64,000 nucleotides of DNA. Source: Squalus acanthias. Lineage: Eukaryota. Position 1 is the first letter of the stretch. Every line of letters starts with the position of its first letter. Shown piece by piece: positions 39,884 through 51,780 of the stretch. The position numbers were made by a program, and so were the translations under genes. The stretch spans positions 21,578,001 to 21,642,000 of the forward strand of contig CM059433.1 in the NCBI GenBank assembly GCA_030390025.1, in the 5' to 3' direction. A model generated the notes under the pieces. That model was not told where the DNA came from. It worked only from the letters and a program-made list of their open reading frames with translations, and did no database searches.

Positions 39884-40836
39884 CAGTCACTTGATGGCAA
39901 TGAATCTATTGCATTCCTTTTCATTTCTTTGCCAGATTAGCCCAACGCGCCATAGTTACACACCTCCTTCCTCTTGTTACTTTGTGAACTGGGCTGGTCA
40001 CATCAGTCTCACTGCGGATCATTGTCTCACAGAGATTTTGGCCTGCTCTTTGGTGCTCAACTGCTGATTACCAGAGGCAGCTTGCCAACTGAGGCAAGTG
40101 AGGCAGTGCCACACCTGGAATCCTGCACAGAACTCACACCAGAAAGTTAAAGGTATTTACATTTTTAGATATACAGTATTTACTTAACTTTAACCGCTGG
40201 CAATGCGTCGGCGGCTCAATTTCTTTACTCAACTTGCTGCCTCCTGAGGCAACTTGAGGGTTTTACTCCTGCAGAAAGGTCCCGATATTAAGTTCAATTT
40301 AGGCCCTGCTCACCTGATTTTCTTTTCCCGACTTACCGTGGTAATATGAGTGAGATAGTCCCGTGGGAAAGTTTGCAGTTTGAATTTATCGATCACTGTA
40401 CTTTAAACAGCCCCCGAGCCTCATATAGCTTTTAAGGTTGGTGGTGCAGTTGTACAGGAAGGGCCGATTGCCATAGTAACACGCTGGTTTGGTTAGGCGT
40501 GCATAGCTGTGCCTCACCTGTCAAAAAAGGGCGCCTGCCGCCACTTTTAATTTCAACTTTCCTCATTCTACAATTGGCTTCAGCTACTCTGGGCCAGGGA
40601 GGGGAAAACATCAGCCAGGGTTTTCATTCCTGGTCACTAGCTAGTGGCACCTACTAGAAAGTGTGGATCTGAAGTGGGCAAAGAAAGTTTTATTGGAATT
40701 GAATGAATACTACTTCTCACTATTGAATTTTAGTGCACCTTTTCTTCAGTTAAAGAGAAGTTATTTTAGCTTTGTGTGTGATCAAAGCCATAGATCTGTT
40801 GTACTTGAGCTACTTATTTGTCAAGGATAAAATATG

Positions 40837-41141
40837 AAAGAAAAAAGAAAGACTTGCATTTATATAGTGCCTTTCACAACCACCGGACGTCTCAAAGCGC
40901 TTTACAGCCAATGAGGTACTTTTGGAGTGTAGTCACTGTTGTAATGTGGGATATGCGGCAGCCAATTTGTGCACAGCAAGCTCCCACAAACAGCAATGTG
41001 ATAATGACCAGATAATCTGCTTTTTGTTATGTTGATTGAGGGATAAATATTGGCCAGGACACCGGGGATAACTCCCCTGCTCTTCTTCAAAATAATGCCA
41101 TGGGATCCTTTATGTCCACCTGAGAGAGCAGACGGGGCCTC
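40837..41141 (-). mobile_element. DeuSINE, 5'-truncated, inside a 20-bp duplication
   Basis: Reverse complement of 58187-58466; tttgtcaaggataaaatatg occurs at 40817-40836 and 41219-41238. Confidence 0.85.
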
Positions 41142-41269
41142 AAAGATGAGATGGTATGGGACCAGAAGATTATTTCAAAGTTATAAAGGATGTTGAAGTT
41201 GTGAACTGTTGGGTTCATTTTGTCAAGGATAAAATATGTTCAAGTTTTTTGTTATTAAACTGAATGTAC

Positions 41270-42080
41270 AAACAACAACTTGCATTTATATAGCGCCTTT
41301 AATGTATAAAGACATTCCAAGATGCTTCACACAGACGTAAGGGAAAATAATAAGACACTGAGCTGAAGAAGGAGAAATTAGGAGGGGGGCAACTGAAAGT
41401 TTGGGTTTCAATGCAGGTCTGAAAGGAGGCGAGGGAGTTGGAAAGGCAGAGGGGTTTATGGAGGAAACTCCAGAACATGTGGCTGAGGTGGCTGAAGGCA
41501 CGGCCGCCAATGGTGAGGCAAAGTGATGGGGGACTGCACAAGAGGTCGGAGTCAGAGGAGAGGAGATTTTGGCTGGGGAAGGGGGGCGGTTGCTGTTTTG
41601 CTGGAGATAATTACAAAGATGCGGGTGAGTAAGGCCATGGGCAGATTTAAAAATCAGGATAGGAGTTTAAAATTTGAGGCATTGGAGGACGGAAAGTCAA
41701 TCTAGATCAGCGAGGACAGGCGTGATGGGTGTGGAAGTGAATACAAAGCAGTAGAATTCTGGATAAGCTGTAGTTTACGAAGGTTGGAGTATAGGAAGCG
41801 GCTCAGGGAGCATTGTAATAGTTAGGTCTGGAGGTGAAAAAAACCTGGATGAGGGTTTTCAGTGGTGAATGGGCTAAGCTGGGGATGGGGAACAATCTTG
41901 TGGAGATAGAAGTGGACCATCTTTGAATTGGAGATGTATGGGGCCAGAAGATTAATTCAAAGTTATATAGGATGTTGAAGTTGTGAACTGTTGAGTTCAT
42001 TCTGAGTGGTCGGGAGGGGCATGGGGGCATGGAGTTGGTGTCGAGAATATGAAGTTTCTGGTGGGTCTGAACACTGCAAT
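41270..42080 (-). mobile_element. L2-clade LINE 3' relic
   Basis: caacttgcatttatatagcgcc tail; minus ORF LTIGGRAFSHL..WSFLHKPL..SFQTCIET; LIQVFFTSRPNYYNA (SRLDYCN-like). Confidence 0.75.
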
Positions 42081-42576
42081 TTAGATTGTGTTTGTGCCAT
42101 ATGAAAACTTTCATCATGCCAGTACCAAAAGTGTAGTATAACGCTAACGGGGAGGTTCTTATCGACGTGAGAAACGACATCTCTAAGATTGACTGCTTAC
42201 TCCTGCTTTATTTTCTGATGATTGAAAATAATTGCTTGCCCAATTGATAAGGATCATTAAAGGCAGTTTTTTTATTGCCAACTTAAAAATCATGTGCTTT
42301 CTTAAAAAAACTTTCCAGTTTTTATTTTTAGTGCAAATAAATGGGAGAAAATCAGTGGAAAAAATTTGGGCTCTAAAAACCAGGACAAATTCAGAGAAAA
42401 ATCAGTAAAAATTAAATATATATATATTGACCACTGCTAAAACTCAAGAAAACAAGCAAGGAGCTTTAAAAAAAAAGTTTAGTTGAGCTAAATAGCAATC
42501 CACAATTATTTAAACTGTTTATGAACATTCCTTTTATAGGGCTCAACGTTAGACTTTGATTTAACCCCTACACGCT

Positions 42577-44365
42577 GGCCGCGATTTCCCCAACCTCGGC
42601 GGGTCCAGTGCGGCTGGGGTCGGTGTCGGTGGCTGGTCCCGGTGTTGCTGCTGGTTCCAGCCCGCTGTCCAAAGTGATTTTCCGTTGATTGGGCTTGTTA
42701 AGCCCGCCCTACGAGGTTCCCAGCCAATTGAAGGAAGCGGGTCTGGTGACGTCATTTGATGACGTGTCATCAGCCAGTTTCCTTAAAGGGACCATGCGCA
42801 AATTGATTTTGACAGTTGCGCTGTCAGTGTTCTACAGCATTGAGGTGCTGCAAACACTGACAGGCACTGCACAGAGATGCACGGCTGCAGCCAGTCTCTC
42901 CCATGACTCCCTCCGTATGCTTATGGAAAGAGTCACAGCACACAGGGAGGTTCTCTTCCCTTCCAATGGGTGGAAGAGACCTCCCCAGGAGACCAACGAA
43001 GCCTGGTTGCACATTGCACAGGAGGACACAAGCAGGGATGTCATCAGGAGGACCAGGCTGCAGTGGCGCAAACCTTTCATTGATCTCAGTAGATCACGAA
43101 ACGTTACTGCAAAGCCACACTCAGCCTCATCCTGCTGTGCCACTCATCACATCCCCATCACTCTGCCTTCCCTACCCTACTCCTGCACATCCTTACTCAC
43201 ACCAACTTACCTTGCACCTCCACCCATCCCTTTCTATCTACATTATCATGTCCCCATCTCACTAGCCACCCCTCACACTCACCTTCATCCTAGTCCAATC
43301 ATACCAACTAACAACACACAAGGGTAGGCACTTGTGTGTTTTAGCCAATGTTCATGTGAAGTTTCTGTTAATGTGCTGTCAAATATTGAAATCTTTATTT
43401 TCAACATTTTGCATTCTTGGACAGATCTGTGTGCACCTTTGGAAGTGGCTTAGTGAGTTGTAGTGAATGGTGAGACATAACGGTAGCCCCCGTAATGGTC
43501 ATGAGTGTGAAAGGGATGGCTTGGGAATTGTAGGGATGCTTTATGGTGTTGGTGTAGGGTGGTGCCAACCTGGTGCATCATGTGGCAGCCAAGGTGTACA
43601 GCATCAAGTGAAGTAAATCTGGCCATGGTGAGGCCATCCCTGGTGTCCTGGCAGCAATGTGATCAGGTGCTGATGCCCTGTGTCCTGTGCAGCATCAGTT
43701 GATTGCGGAGAAGGTTGGTGTTGTTATTGGTGCTGCTGGTGTGCCTGGTGCTGCTGGTGTTGGGGCTGATCGTGGTGGGATTCTGAGAACCAAGGTGAGA
43801 TAGTTTCAAGGGTACTGATGCTGATGTAATAGATGGCAGGTGAACTTGAGATAACAGAAGTGATCTGTCAGTGGTGAGAGAGGTTGTTCCAATGAGGTGA
43901 CACTGGATAGAGAGTTTACTCCAAACACTTGCAACCTGCATAAAGCTCAATCTGTCTTCCAAATTCAGTAAGCAACAGCATCTGAGCTTGGAAAGTGAAC
44001 AGCTATGAGAGAGGAGCTTTTATAGCACATTTGCAGCTGTTAAGTAAATAGATTATTTTATAGTAACACAACTCCCAACCTGCTTACCTGATGTGATCCC
44101 TGAGCAGCGTGGAACCCATGGGTGACCTTGTAAAATTTAAAGGTCAGCTCAAAATACTTTTTAAGTGGCTCTTAACAAGGTCATAATGACCTAAATTGCC
44201 TTCCCCGCTGCTGTGTGTCAGGTCTGTTCAGCGTTGACAAACCCGACATCTGGGAAAGTCGCGTGGTGGCGGGTTGACAGCAGGTTTCCGAACCGCTGTC
44301 AAAAAAAATGTTCCCACCCGACCCGCCACCAAACATGCCTGCTGACCCCCTGAAAAATTCCCCCC
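42577..44365 (+). mobile_element. Harbinger family C element carrying a Myb/SANT-like ORF relic
   Basis: Ends ggccgcgattt / aaaaattcccccc, flanks gct/act. ORF 42689-43327 contains AASLSHDSLRMLMERVTAHREVLFPSNGWKRPPQETNEAWLHIAQEDTSRDVIRRTRLQWRKPFIDL. Confidence 0.8.
42860..43100 (+). pseudogene. Harbinger Myb/SANT-like DNA-binding protein exon (degenerate)
   Basis: Pattern [F/L]S..L..L...V......L....AW..IA......RT..Q.RK.F.DL typical of Harbinger Myb-like proteins. Confidence 0.7.
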
Positions 44366-45244
44366 ACTTTTTATTTTTAAACTAATAGTAAAATTGCAGA
44401 ACCTATGTTCATTATTGTGCTATTATGAAAATAATAATAAAAAATGTAAGCGATAAAGCAGGAGGGAACAGTTGCATTCTTGCTTTTAGTAAACAGTGCA
44501 CAGTGTGATCTGCGTCAGCCTCAGTGTGGTTACAGTGTCAGTAGATTGTTGTCCTCGGCCTTGCTACATAGCTAACTGGAAATGCAAGGCAGACCATTGC
44601 TGCAGTATAAAAACTATGGGGGTTGAATTGCCCTGTCATTTTCAGAGCATTAACAGTGTACAAAGGGTGTAGGAATTTTCTTTAGTGAGGAAATTTGGCT
44701 GGAAGTCATTTCTGCCACTTTTGCACCTTAAAAACTCCCTCCCCCTCCCTAGTTTTCTTGTGCTTTTTGAGCCTTCCCCCATCCGCCCACTAAGTCCCTA
44801 CTAAGTCCCATGTGATATGTTAGAGTGAGATTCAGTAGGGTAGCAGCTGCAAGTTTCCTGGTTTTACACTGCTGTTGCACTCTGGGTGACATAGACTGAG
44901 ATTGATGAGGTGCGGCAGCTGTCAGGATCACCTGATCATGGTGGAAGTGAGGAACTTATGAGCTTGAAGAGGAAACGTTACACAGTGATTTTTGCAGCTT
45001 GGAAATGCTTGTTAGCGTTTTGCTCTGCAAAGAACTGCACTTGATTCTGACTGCCTGTGACCGGGCCAGCCCATCCAAAGATTTTCAGATCCACATTTGC
45101 AATCAAGACATCCCAGGAGCAGGTGCGGCTTTTCCTACAACATACCACTCTATGCCATTATCACGGAGGGAGAGATGAATCAGCAAAGGATGGAGCTAAG
45201 GAGAGTTGAGCATTCAAGGAAGATGCAGCCCACCAGAGATAGCA

Positions 45245-46025
45245 GACAGATCGTAGGGATAAAGGGAACATTCTCTGAATGGCGGGATGTGACAACTGGT
45301 GATCCCCAGGGATCTGTACTGGGGCCTCAGCTTTTCACCATCTGTATTAATGACTTGGATGAAGGTATAGAGAGTTATATATCCAAGTTTACACATTACA
45401 GCAAGTTGGGAGGCACAATAAGTTGTGTAGATGGGAGCCGGAAGTTACATAGTGACATAGGCAGACTAAGTGAGTGGGCAAAACAATAGCAGATGGAGTT
45501 TGTCCACTTTGGATCTCAGAAAGACAAATCAAAAGATTTTCTTAGTAGTAAGAGACTAGGAACTGACGAGGAGCAAAGGAATTTGGGTGTCCATGTGCAC
45601 AGATTACAAAAAGTAATCAAAAAGGCGATTGGAATGTTGGCTTTTATCTCAAGGGGTTTGGAATACAAAGGGGAGGAAGTGATGCTTCAGTTGTACAGAG
45701 CCTTGGTCAGTCCCCATCTGGAGTATTGCGTTCAGCTTTGTGCACCGAACCTCAGGAAAGATATAAAAGCCTTGGAGAGGGTACAGCACAGATTCACCAG
45801 AATGATACCACGCTTAAAGGGTTACATTATGATGGCAGGTTGCATAAACTTGGTTTGTATTCCCTTGCGTTTAGCAAGCTGAGGGGTGATCTAATCAAAG
45901 TCTTTAAAATGGTAAAAGGATTTGATAGGGTAGATAGAGAGAAATGATTTCCTCTGGTGTGGGAATCCAGATTAAAGGGTATAATCCATTTAGGAGTGAA
46001 ATCAGGAAGCACTTCTACTTTCACA
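45245..46025 (+). mobile_element. CR1 RT fragment
   Basis: [35 protein letters not shown]..; LAFISRGLEYK..PHLEYCVQ. Confidence 0.85.
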
Positions 46026-46029
46026 GATC

Positions 46030-46270
46030 CATGAGGGACAAAGAATACCCCTGCTCTTATGAACCGATCAGAGTGGCGCAAACAACAGCAGAGGCATGCT
46101 ACAATGAGGGCCATGAAGCTACCAAGCTGATGATTGATAGGGCCATTGGAGTATTGAAAGCACACTTTTGGTGTCTGGCAATGTCAGAGGAGGGGGAATC
46201 TGCAATATGCTGCAGATCGGGTGTCTAGAATAGTGATAGCATCCTGTGCCCTTCACAACTTTGCCATTCA
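46030..46270 (+). pseudogene. Harbinger (HARBI1-like, DDE_Tnp_4) transposase C-terminal relic
   Basis: RDKEYP..TTAEACYNEGHEATKLMIDRAIGVLKAHFWCL..(frameshift) GGNLQYAADRVSRIVIASCALHNFA fits the GD.GY / YN..H..TR..IER.FG.LK.RF.CL / LQY..IV.ACC.LHN motifs. Confidence 0.85.
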
Positions 46271-47075
46271 GGCTGCACTTTGACATGGCCAAGGGGAGGC
46301 CCTGGCTCCAGTGGATCCAAAACTGCATGGACCAGACCATCAGGCAGACCCGCATTCAGATGGAATCCTCGCTGACTGCTGCAAAAGACATCAGAGGACA
46401 AATCCTGTCAGAATCTTCTCCTCTATATAACTCAATTTACCTATGACACTACAGACTAACCTTCTTCCCCCCCACTTGCAAATAAAGAGACATTCCCTCA
46501 ATCCACTACACGACAACATATTAGCCCTCTTTTCCCTGACGTGACCGTGCCAGTAATCATCACCTGAGTGATTAAGTCAGCACCAAATAAGCACACCTTT
46601 CCTGTAGGACTGTAACATCCATGAATAACAAAGCACCATGTCAGAGCACGGTCTAGTTTAATACAATAATTGCAAAATGCAAACAAACAATCACCTTAAC
46701 CTTTGCCAACACCATGGTCCCCCTTGGTGCCTACATGTGCCTTTCTATCCTTATGTCACCTGAGCACCTGTATCATGGGAGGTGGTGGGCTCCTCATGGT
46801 GTACAGTAGGGTTATGGGACTGAGGTGGCCCATGTCTCGTGGCAGCTGGCTCCGGGCAGAGAGCTGCTGTTGGCTGTATCTCTTTAGGATGCTCCTGGGC
46901 AGCCTGCTCTCACCTCCCATGTTCCACTGGTGTGGTGCACTGTGGGGAAGGCTGGAGCCATGGCATGTACTGCTGTCCTGAAAGATGGCAGCATCATGCA
47001 GCTGCAACTCTTGGGTGGCCTTGTCTCATTATCCTCTTCACCATCATTATCATCATCATCATCATTATCTTCCAT

Positions 47076-47615
47076 CACAAGCAAGGAAGTTACGCTAGAT
47101 CTTTATAAATCACTGGTTAGGCCTCAGCTGGAGTATTATGTCCAATTCTGGGTACCACACTTTAGGAAGGATGTCAAGGCCTTGGAGAGAGTACAGAGGA
47201 AATTCATCAGAATGGTGCCAAGGATGAAGGATTTCAGTTACGTGGAGAGACTGGAGAAGCTGGGATTGTTCTCCTTTGTTGGTGGAGTAAATGAGGAGAA
47301 ACTGTTTCCAGTAGCAGAAGGCTCGGTAACCAAAGTACACAGATTTAAGGTAAAAGAACCAGAGGCGACAGGAGGAAAACAATTTTTACACAGCGAGTTG
47401 TTATGATCTGGAATGCATTGCCCGAAAGGTTGGTGGAAGCAGATTCTATAATAACTTTCAAAAGGGAATTGGATGAATAGTTGAAGGGGAAACATTTACA
47501 GGGATATGGGGAAAGGGCAGGGGAGAGGGACTAATTAGATAGTTCTTTCAAAGAGCTGGCGCTGGCACAGGCATGCTAGTCTGAATGGCCTCCTTCTGTG
47601 CTGTAAGATTATGTG
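47076..47615 (+). mobile_element. CR1 3' fragment
   Basis: SKEVTLDLYKSLVRPQLEYYVQFWVPHFRKDVKALERVQ; tail gctgtaagattatgtgattc. Confidence 0.85.
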
Positions 47616-48499
47616 ATTCCTCCTCCTGTACCGTTCGTTGCTTTGGTGGGTCTGCAGGAAAGGAGGGTAGAAGGTAGGAATGTGTGAGTATTATCTGAAA
47701 AGGGTGGAATGTTGTGGCTCTGTGGTGCTTCATAAGGATGCCAGGGTGATAGTGTCAGCGCTCAGTCAGTAATCTGGCGCTAGCAAGCTGCTGCTGACCT
47801 CGCCATGTCCCATAGCAAGAGCTGCGTGCCTTCTCAAGACCTCCATGGTCTTCTCAAAGAGTGTGAGGTTTTTAAGGTTGGGATAGCCCCTCCTGTGCCC
47901 TTCCTCTGTTGGCCATTGTGCACCAGTGTGCTGCAAGAAAATAGAGTAAATTAGCGTAAGGCTAACTGTTGAGTGTGTGTTGAATGACATGGGAGAGATG
48001 AAATAGGAGATGTGAGAGTATGAGGGTATTGAAGTGGAGAAAGGGATTTTAGGGTTGTACATGTGAGTAATTACTGTGAGGGGGAGCTGGGTAGCCATAG
48101 TGTAAGATGCCAAGTTAGAGCCTCCTTTAACCAAAGCGTATTGTGAAGGGATAGTTGTGCAAGTGTTGCTTTAAGAAAGTGAAGGGTGTGCTGGTGCCGA
48201 GTGTGAGCAAGGAAGAAAAGGCAAAGATGCCCTTGTCCTGCTGAGAATGTGGATCTCTTGGTGGCCATGACATTCTTTTTAAAGTTGCAACAGCGTAACT
48301 CACTTTGTGAAGTTCTAGGCTTCACAGCAGGGCCTGAAGAAGATCCAGGTCCCCTTGAAAAAAAAGGCCAAATTGCGCAGCCTTCAATTTTTTTCTGTGA
48401 TGTCTGCACAGCACGGAACGCATGTATTCATGTCGCTGACGCAATGTGTGTGAATCTCCAGCCCAGATTTTGTTAAGAAGACAAAGTTTTGGTTTTTTT

Positions 48500-48720
48500 G
48501 CTCATCAAGTTTGGGGGGAAATGAAGAAGATGATAATGGGACAAGTATAGAAACAAAAGAGGGGCCGAGAGGAGGTGTAAATGGGAATGGCAGAATTATC
48601 AGCAATGGCTGCCATCTGAAAAAATGGGGGCAGAGGTTATGATCTGAAAATGTTGAACTCAATGTTGAGTCCGGAAGGCTGTAAAGTGCCTAATCGAAAG
48701 ATGAGGTGCTGTTCCTTGAG
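48500..48720 (-). mobile_element. Penelope-like element ORF C-terminus and 3' region
   Basis: Minus strand 48720-48637 reads LKEQHLIFRLGTLQPSGLNIEFNIFRS*, the typical end of the GIY-YIG domain of Penelope-like elements. Confidence 0.75.
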
Positions 48721-48845
48721 GTAATGGTACTCTTGTGGGAGAGGCAGCATAAGAATAGCGAGAGTTCCAAGAATGTAGCCTCAAATGCATTATTTGGTAT
48801 TTAAGTTTCAGAAGTGAAATAAAGCAAGTTTCCACAAAGATGTTT

Positions 48846-49527
48846 GGGGGAAAAATTCAGTATCGACCATTTTGGGGCGCTAACATCGCCTGGGTGCTAA
48901 AGTTAGCACCCGGCTAATTCAAGCGCTCCACTGCCGTCTTAGAGCGCTAACCCCGAGTATCGGGGCGGTGCGTTCTGCAGCGCTACGCACTGGGCCACGT
49001 AGCGCTGGCGCATGGAAGGGCTCTTCCCCTCATTAAAGGGGAGGGCCCAAGCCCACAACTCTGGGGGGCCCTACCTGGACCACCAGGGAGCGGGGTGCCA
49101 TGCCAGCAGCTCGGCACACAAGAGGAGCCGGGCTACCAGATCGCGACACGGACCCTGCGTTGAAAGACGCAACGGGCCGCGACAAGTACGTCGGCCGATT
49201 TTTTTTCCCCCCCGCCCGCCACCTCCCCGCGAGGCTCCTGCCGCTCCATTCCCGCCCCCGAATTGGCCGCTGTCATCACCCGGCACAGGTTCAGGGGGCG
49301 CGGGTCAATTTTGCAGGCGGGGCGAAAACGGGGAGCTGTGCACGGTGATGACGTCGTCATCGCCTGCACAGTGGAGCGGGGCACTACCGGTTACCGCCGC
49401 CACTAAACCCCCGCTGAATTTAGCGGGAATCGTTAGCGATGCCGCGCCTGGGCGAAAAGTCGCTTGTGCCCCGTTAGCGCCCCCCAGGGGTGCTAACGAG
49501 AGGCGCAAATGCACCGAATTTCTAGCC
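48846..49527. mobile_element. Harbinger MITE, family A (same orientation as 1340 copy)
   Basis: ttt|gggggaaaaattcagtatcg ... accgaatttctagcc|ttt. Confidence 0.82.
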
Positions 49528-50004
49528 TTTGTGTCTTATCAAAATATGGAATCTGAGAGGAACGGCTCCCTCTAGCTGTCTAATCTAGTTCATGGGCATT
49601 CATTCTTCCCTGATGCTACCTTGGAAAATACCAGTCAGCCAGAAGTAAAATCAATCCAAAATTTGCCAAAAACTGAAGTAGCACCACCGAATATAAAATT
49701 GACGTCATGGCATAAAACTCTGTTAGTGTTTCATCAGTACCCATGCTGTTAACACACCTAAATTCTGCTTCATAGCCTTTGAGCTGAAAAGAGTTTCTCG
49801 CTCCTTTAGGTAATTTTAACTTTTAATTTTAATGGGAAGGGAAATCAGGCGGGATGTACAATGGGCGGTCGATCCTCTATCGCCCATTTTACACTCATGC
49901 CAAAAGTTAATATTACCCCCAATTATTTTCATATTTCCACATTCTTCACATGTAATGAGAATTTGGAGTTTGACCGGAATGAACCAAGAGTTAGATCATA
50001 TATT

Positions 50005-50700
50005 ACATGGGATTACATCGGATATACAGCACAGAAACAGGCCATTCGGCCCAACCAGTCCATACCGGCGTTTATTCTCCACCTGAGCCTCCTCCCGTCT
50101 TTCCTCATCTAAATCAATCAGCATAACCCTCTATTCCCTTCTCCCTCATATGCTTATCTAGCCTCCCCTTAAATGCATCTATACTATTCACTTCAACCAC
50201 TCTCTGTGGTAGCGAGTTCCACATTCTCACCACTCTCTGGGTAAAGAAGTTTCTTCTGAATTCCCTATTGGATTTCTTGGTGACTATCTTATATTGATGG
50301 CCTCTAGTTATGCTCTTCCCCACAAGTGGAAACATTCTCTCTGTATCCACTCTATTAAAACCATTTATAATTTAGACCTCTATTAGGTCACCCCTCAGCC
50401 GTTTCTTTTCAAGACCCAGCCTGTTCATCCTTTCCTGATAGGTATACCCTCGCATTTCTGGTATCATCCTTGTAAATCTTTTTTGCACCCTCTCTAGTGC
50501 CTCTATATCTTTTTATAATATGGCGACCAGAATTGTACACAGTATTCCAAGTGTGGTCTAACCAAGGTTCGCTACAAGTTTAGCATAACTTCTCTGCTTT
50601 TCAATTCAATCCCTCTAGAAATAACCCCTAGTGCTTGGTTTGCTTTTTTTTTATGGCCTTGTTAACCTGTGTCACTACTTTTAGTGATTTGTGTATTTGT
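50005..50700 (-). mobile_element. CR1 3' end, same family as 28308
   Basis: ORF ERMFPLVGKSITRGHQYKI..RRNFFTQRVVRMWNSLP; ends ~75 bp upstream of the exon at 50775. Confidence 0.85.
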
Positions 50701-50774
50701 TATATTGATATATTTAAAGTCATTAGGAGGTTATTACAGTGCTTTCCCAAACCTCTGTGTTCTCTGTGTTTTAG

Positions 50775-50931
50775 GTGTATGATGGAAAAGACAACTCCTT
50801 TCGTCGCCTTGGAGTTTTTACCGAATCTGAATTGCTGGGAGTTGTCTTAAACAGCACATCAAACCATATGTGGTTAGAGTTTAATACAAATGGAACAGAG
50901 ACTGACCCTGGATTTGAGCTCACATATACCA
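50775..50931 (+). CDS. CSMD1: CSMD1 coding exon (C-terminal half of CUB domain); its reading frame is not listed in the ORF track
   Basis: Acceptor tctgtgttttag ends 50774, donor gtaagt at 50932. VYDGKDNSFRRLGVFTESELLGVVLNSTSNHMWLEFNTNGTETDPGFELTYT(S). 157 nt, phase 0 to 1. Confidence 0.95.
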
Positions 50932-51204
50932 GTAAGTGAATGCAATATATTAAGTAAGCTTTGCATTCTGTTGGCCTGTTCGGAGGTTGGTGCTGAATAT
51001 TCAGTATATGATAGATTTCTGATGTGTTGTTGTATTGTGCACCATGAGGGGACTGTGGGGCAGGTGTAGCAAAATTGTAAAAGCATTTCTGTTTTTTCTA
51101 CAGCTAATGCACAGAGGAAATCTTCCCTCCAGCCCCTTCATACTTGTTAAGCATTAATGATAATGGCTTTTGGTATATTTCTGTAAGATTCTTTTCAAAA
51201 CCCC

Positions 51205-51780
51205 ACAACAATTTTGATTTATATAGCGCCTTTAACATAGTAAAACGTCCCAAGGTGCTTCACAGGAGCGTTATCAGACAAAATTTGACGTCAAGCCAGA
51301 TAGAGATATTAGGACATGTGACCAAAAGTTTGGTCAAAGAGGTAGGTTTTAAGGAGCGACATAAAGGAGGAGAGAGATAGAGAGGCGGAGAGTTTTAGGA
51401 AGGTATTTCCAGAGCTTAGGGCCTCGGCAGCTGAAGGCATGGCCACTAATGGTGGACCAATAAAAATCAGGAATGCGCAAGAGGCCAGAATTGGAGGAGC
51501 GTAGAGATCTTGGAGGGTTGCGGGGCTGCAGGAGGTTACAGAGATAGGGAGGGACGAGGCCATGGTGGGATTTGAATACAAAGATGAGAATTTTAAAATC
51601 GAGCCAATGTATGGCAGCGAGCGCAGGGGTGATGGGTGAACAGGACTTGGTGCGAGTTAGGATATGAGCAGCAGAATTTTGGATGAGCTATAGTTTACAG
51701 AGGGTGGCAGGTGGGAGGCTGGACAGGAGAACATTGGAATAGTCGAGACTGGAGGTAATAAAGGGATGGATGAGGGTCAT
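51205..51780 (-). mobile_element. L2-clade LINE 3' end
   Basis: Closely similar to 25735-26250 (tatagcgcctttaac..gtcccaaggtgcttcacaggagcgttatc; SLLKTYLFDQ). Confidence 0.8.

Larger units (their letters stand above)
44618..48463. mobile_element. Decayed autonomous-type PIF/Harbinger transposon (transposase +, Myb -), with two CR1 insertions
   Basis: Transposase relic at 46030-46270 and Myb-tail relic at ~47820-47935 (minus) are convergent. Loose ends ggggttgaatt (44618) and aatctccagccc (48463); boundaries uncertain. Confidence 0.55.
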
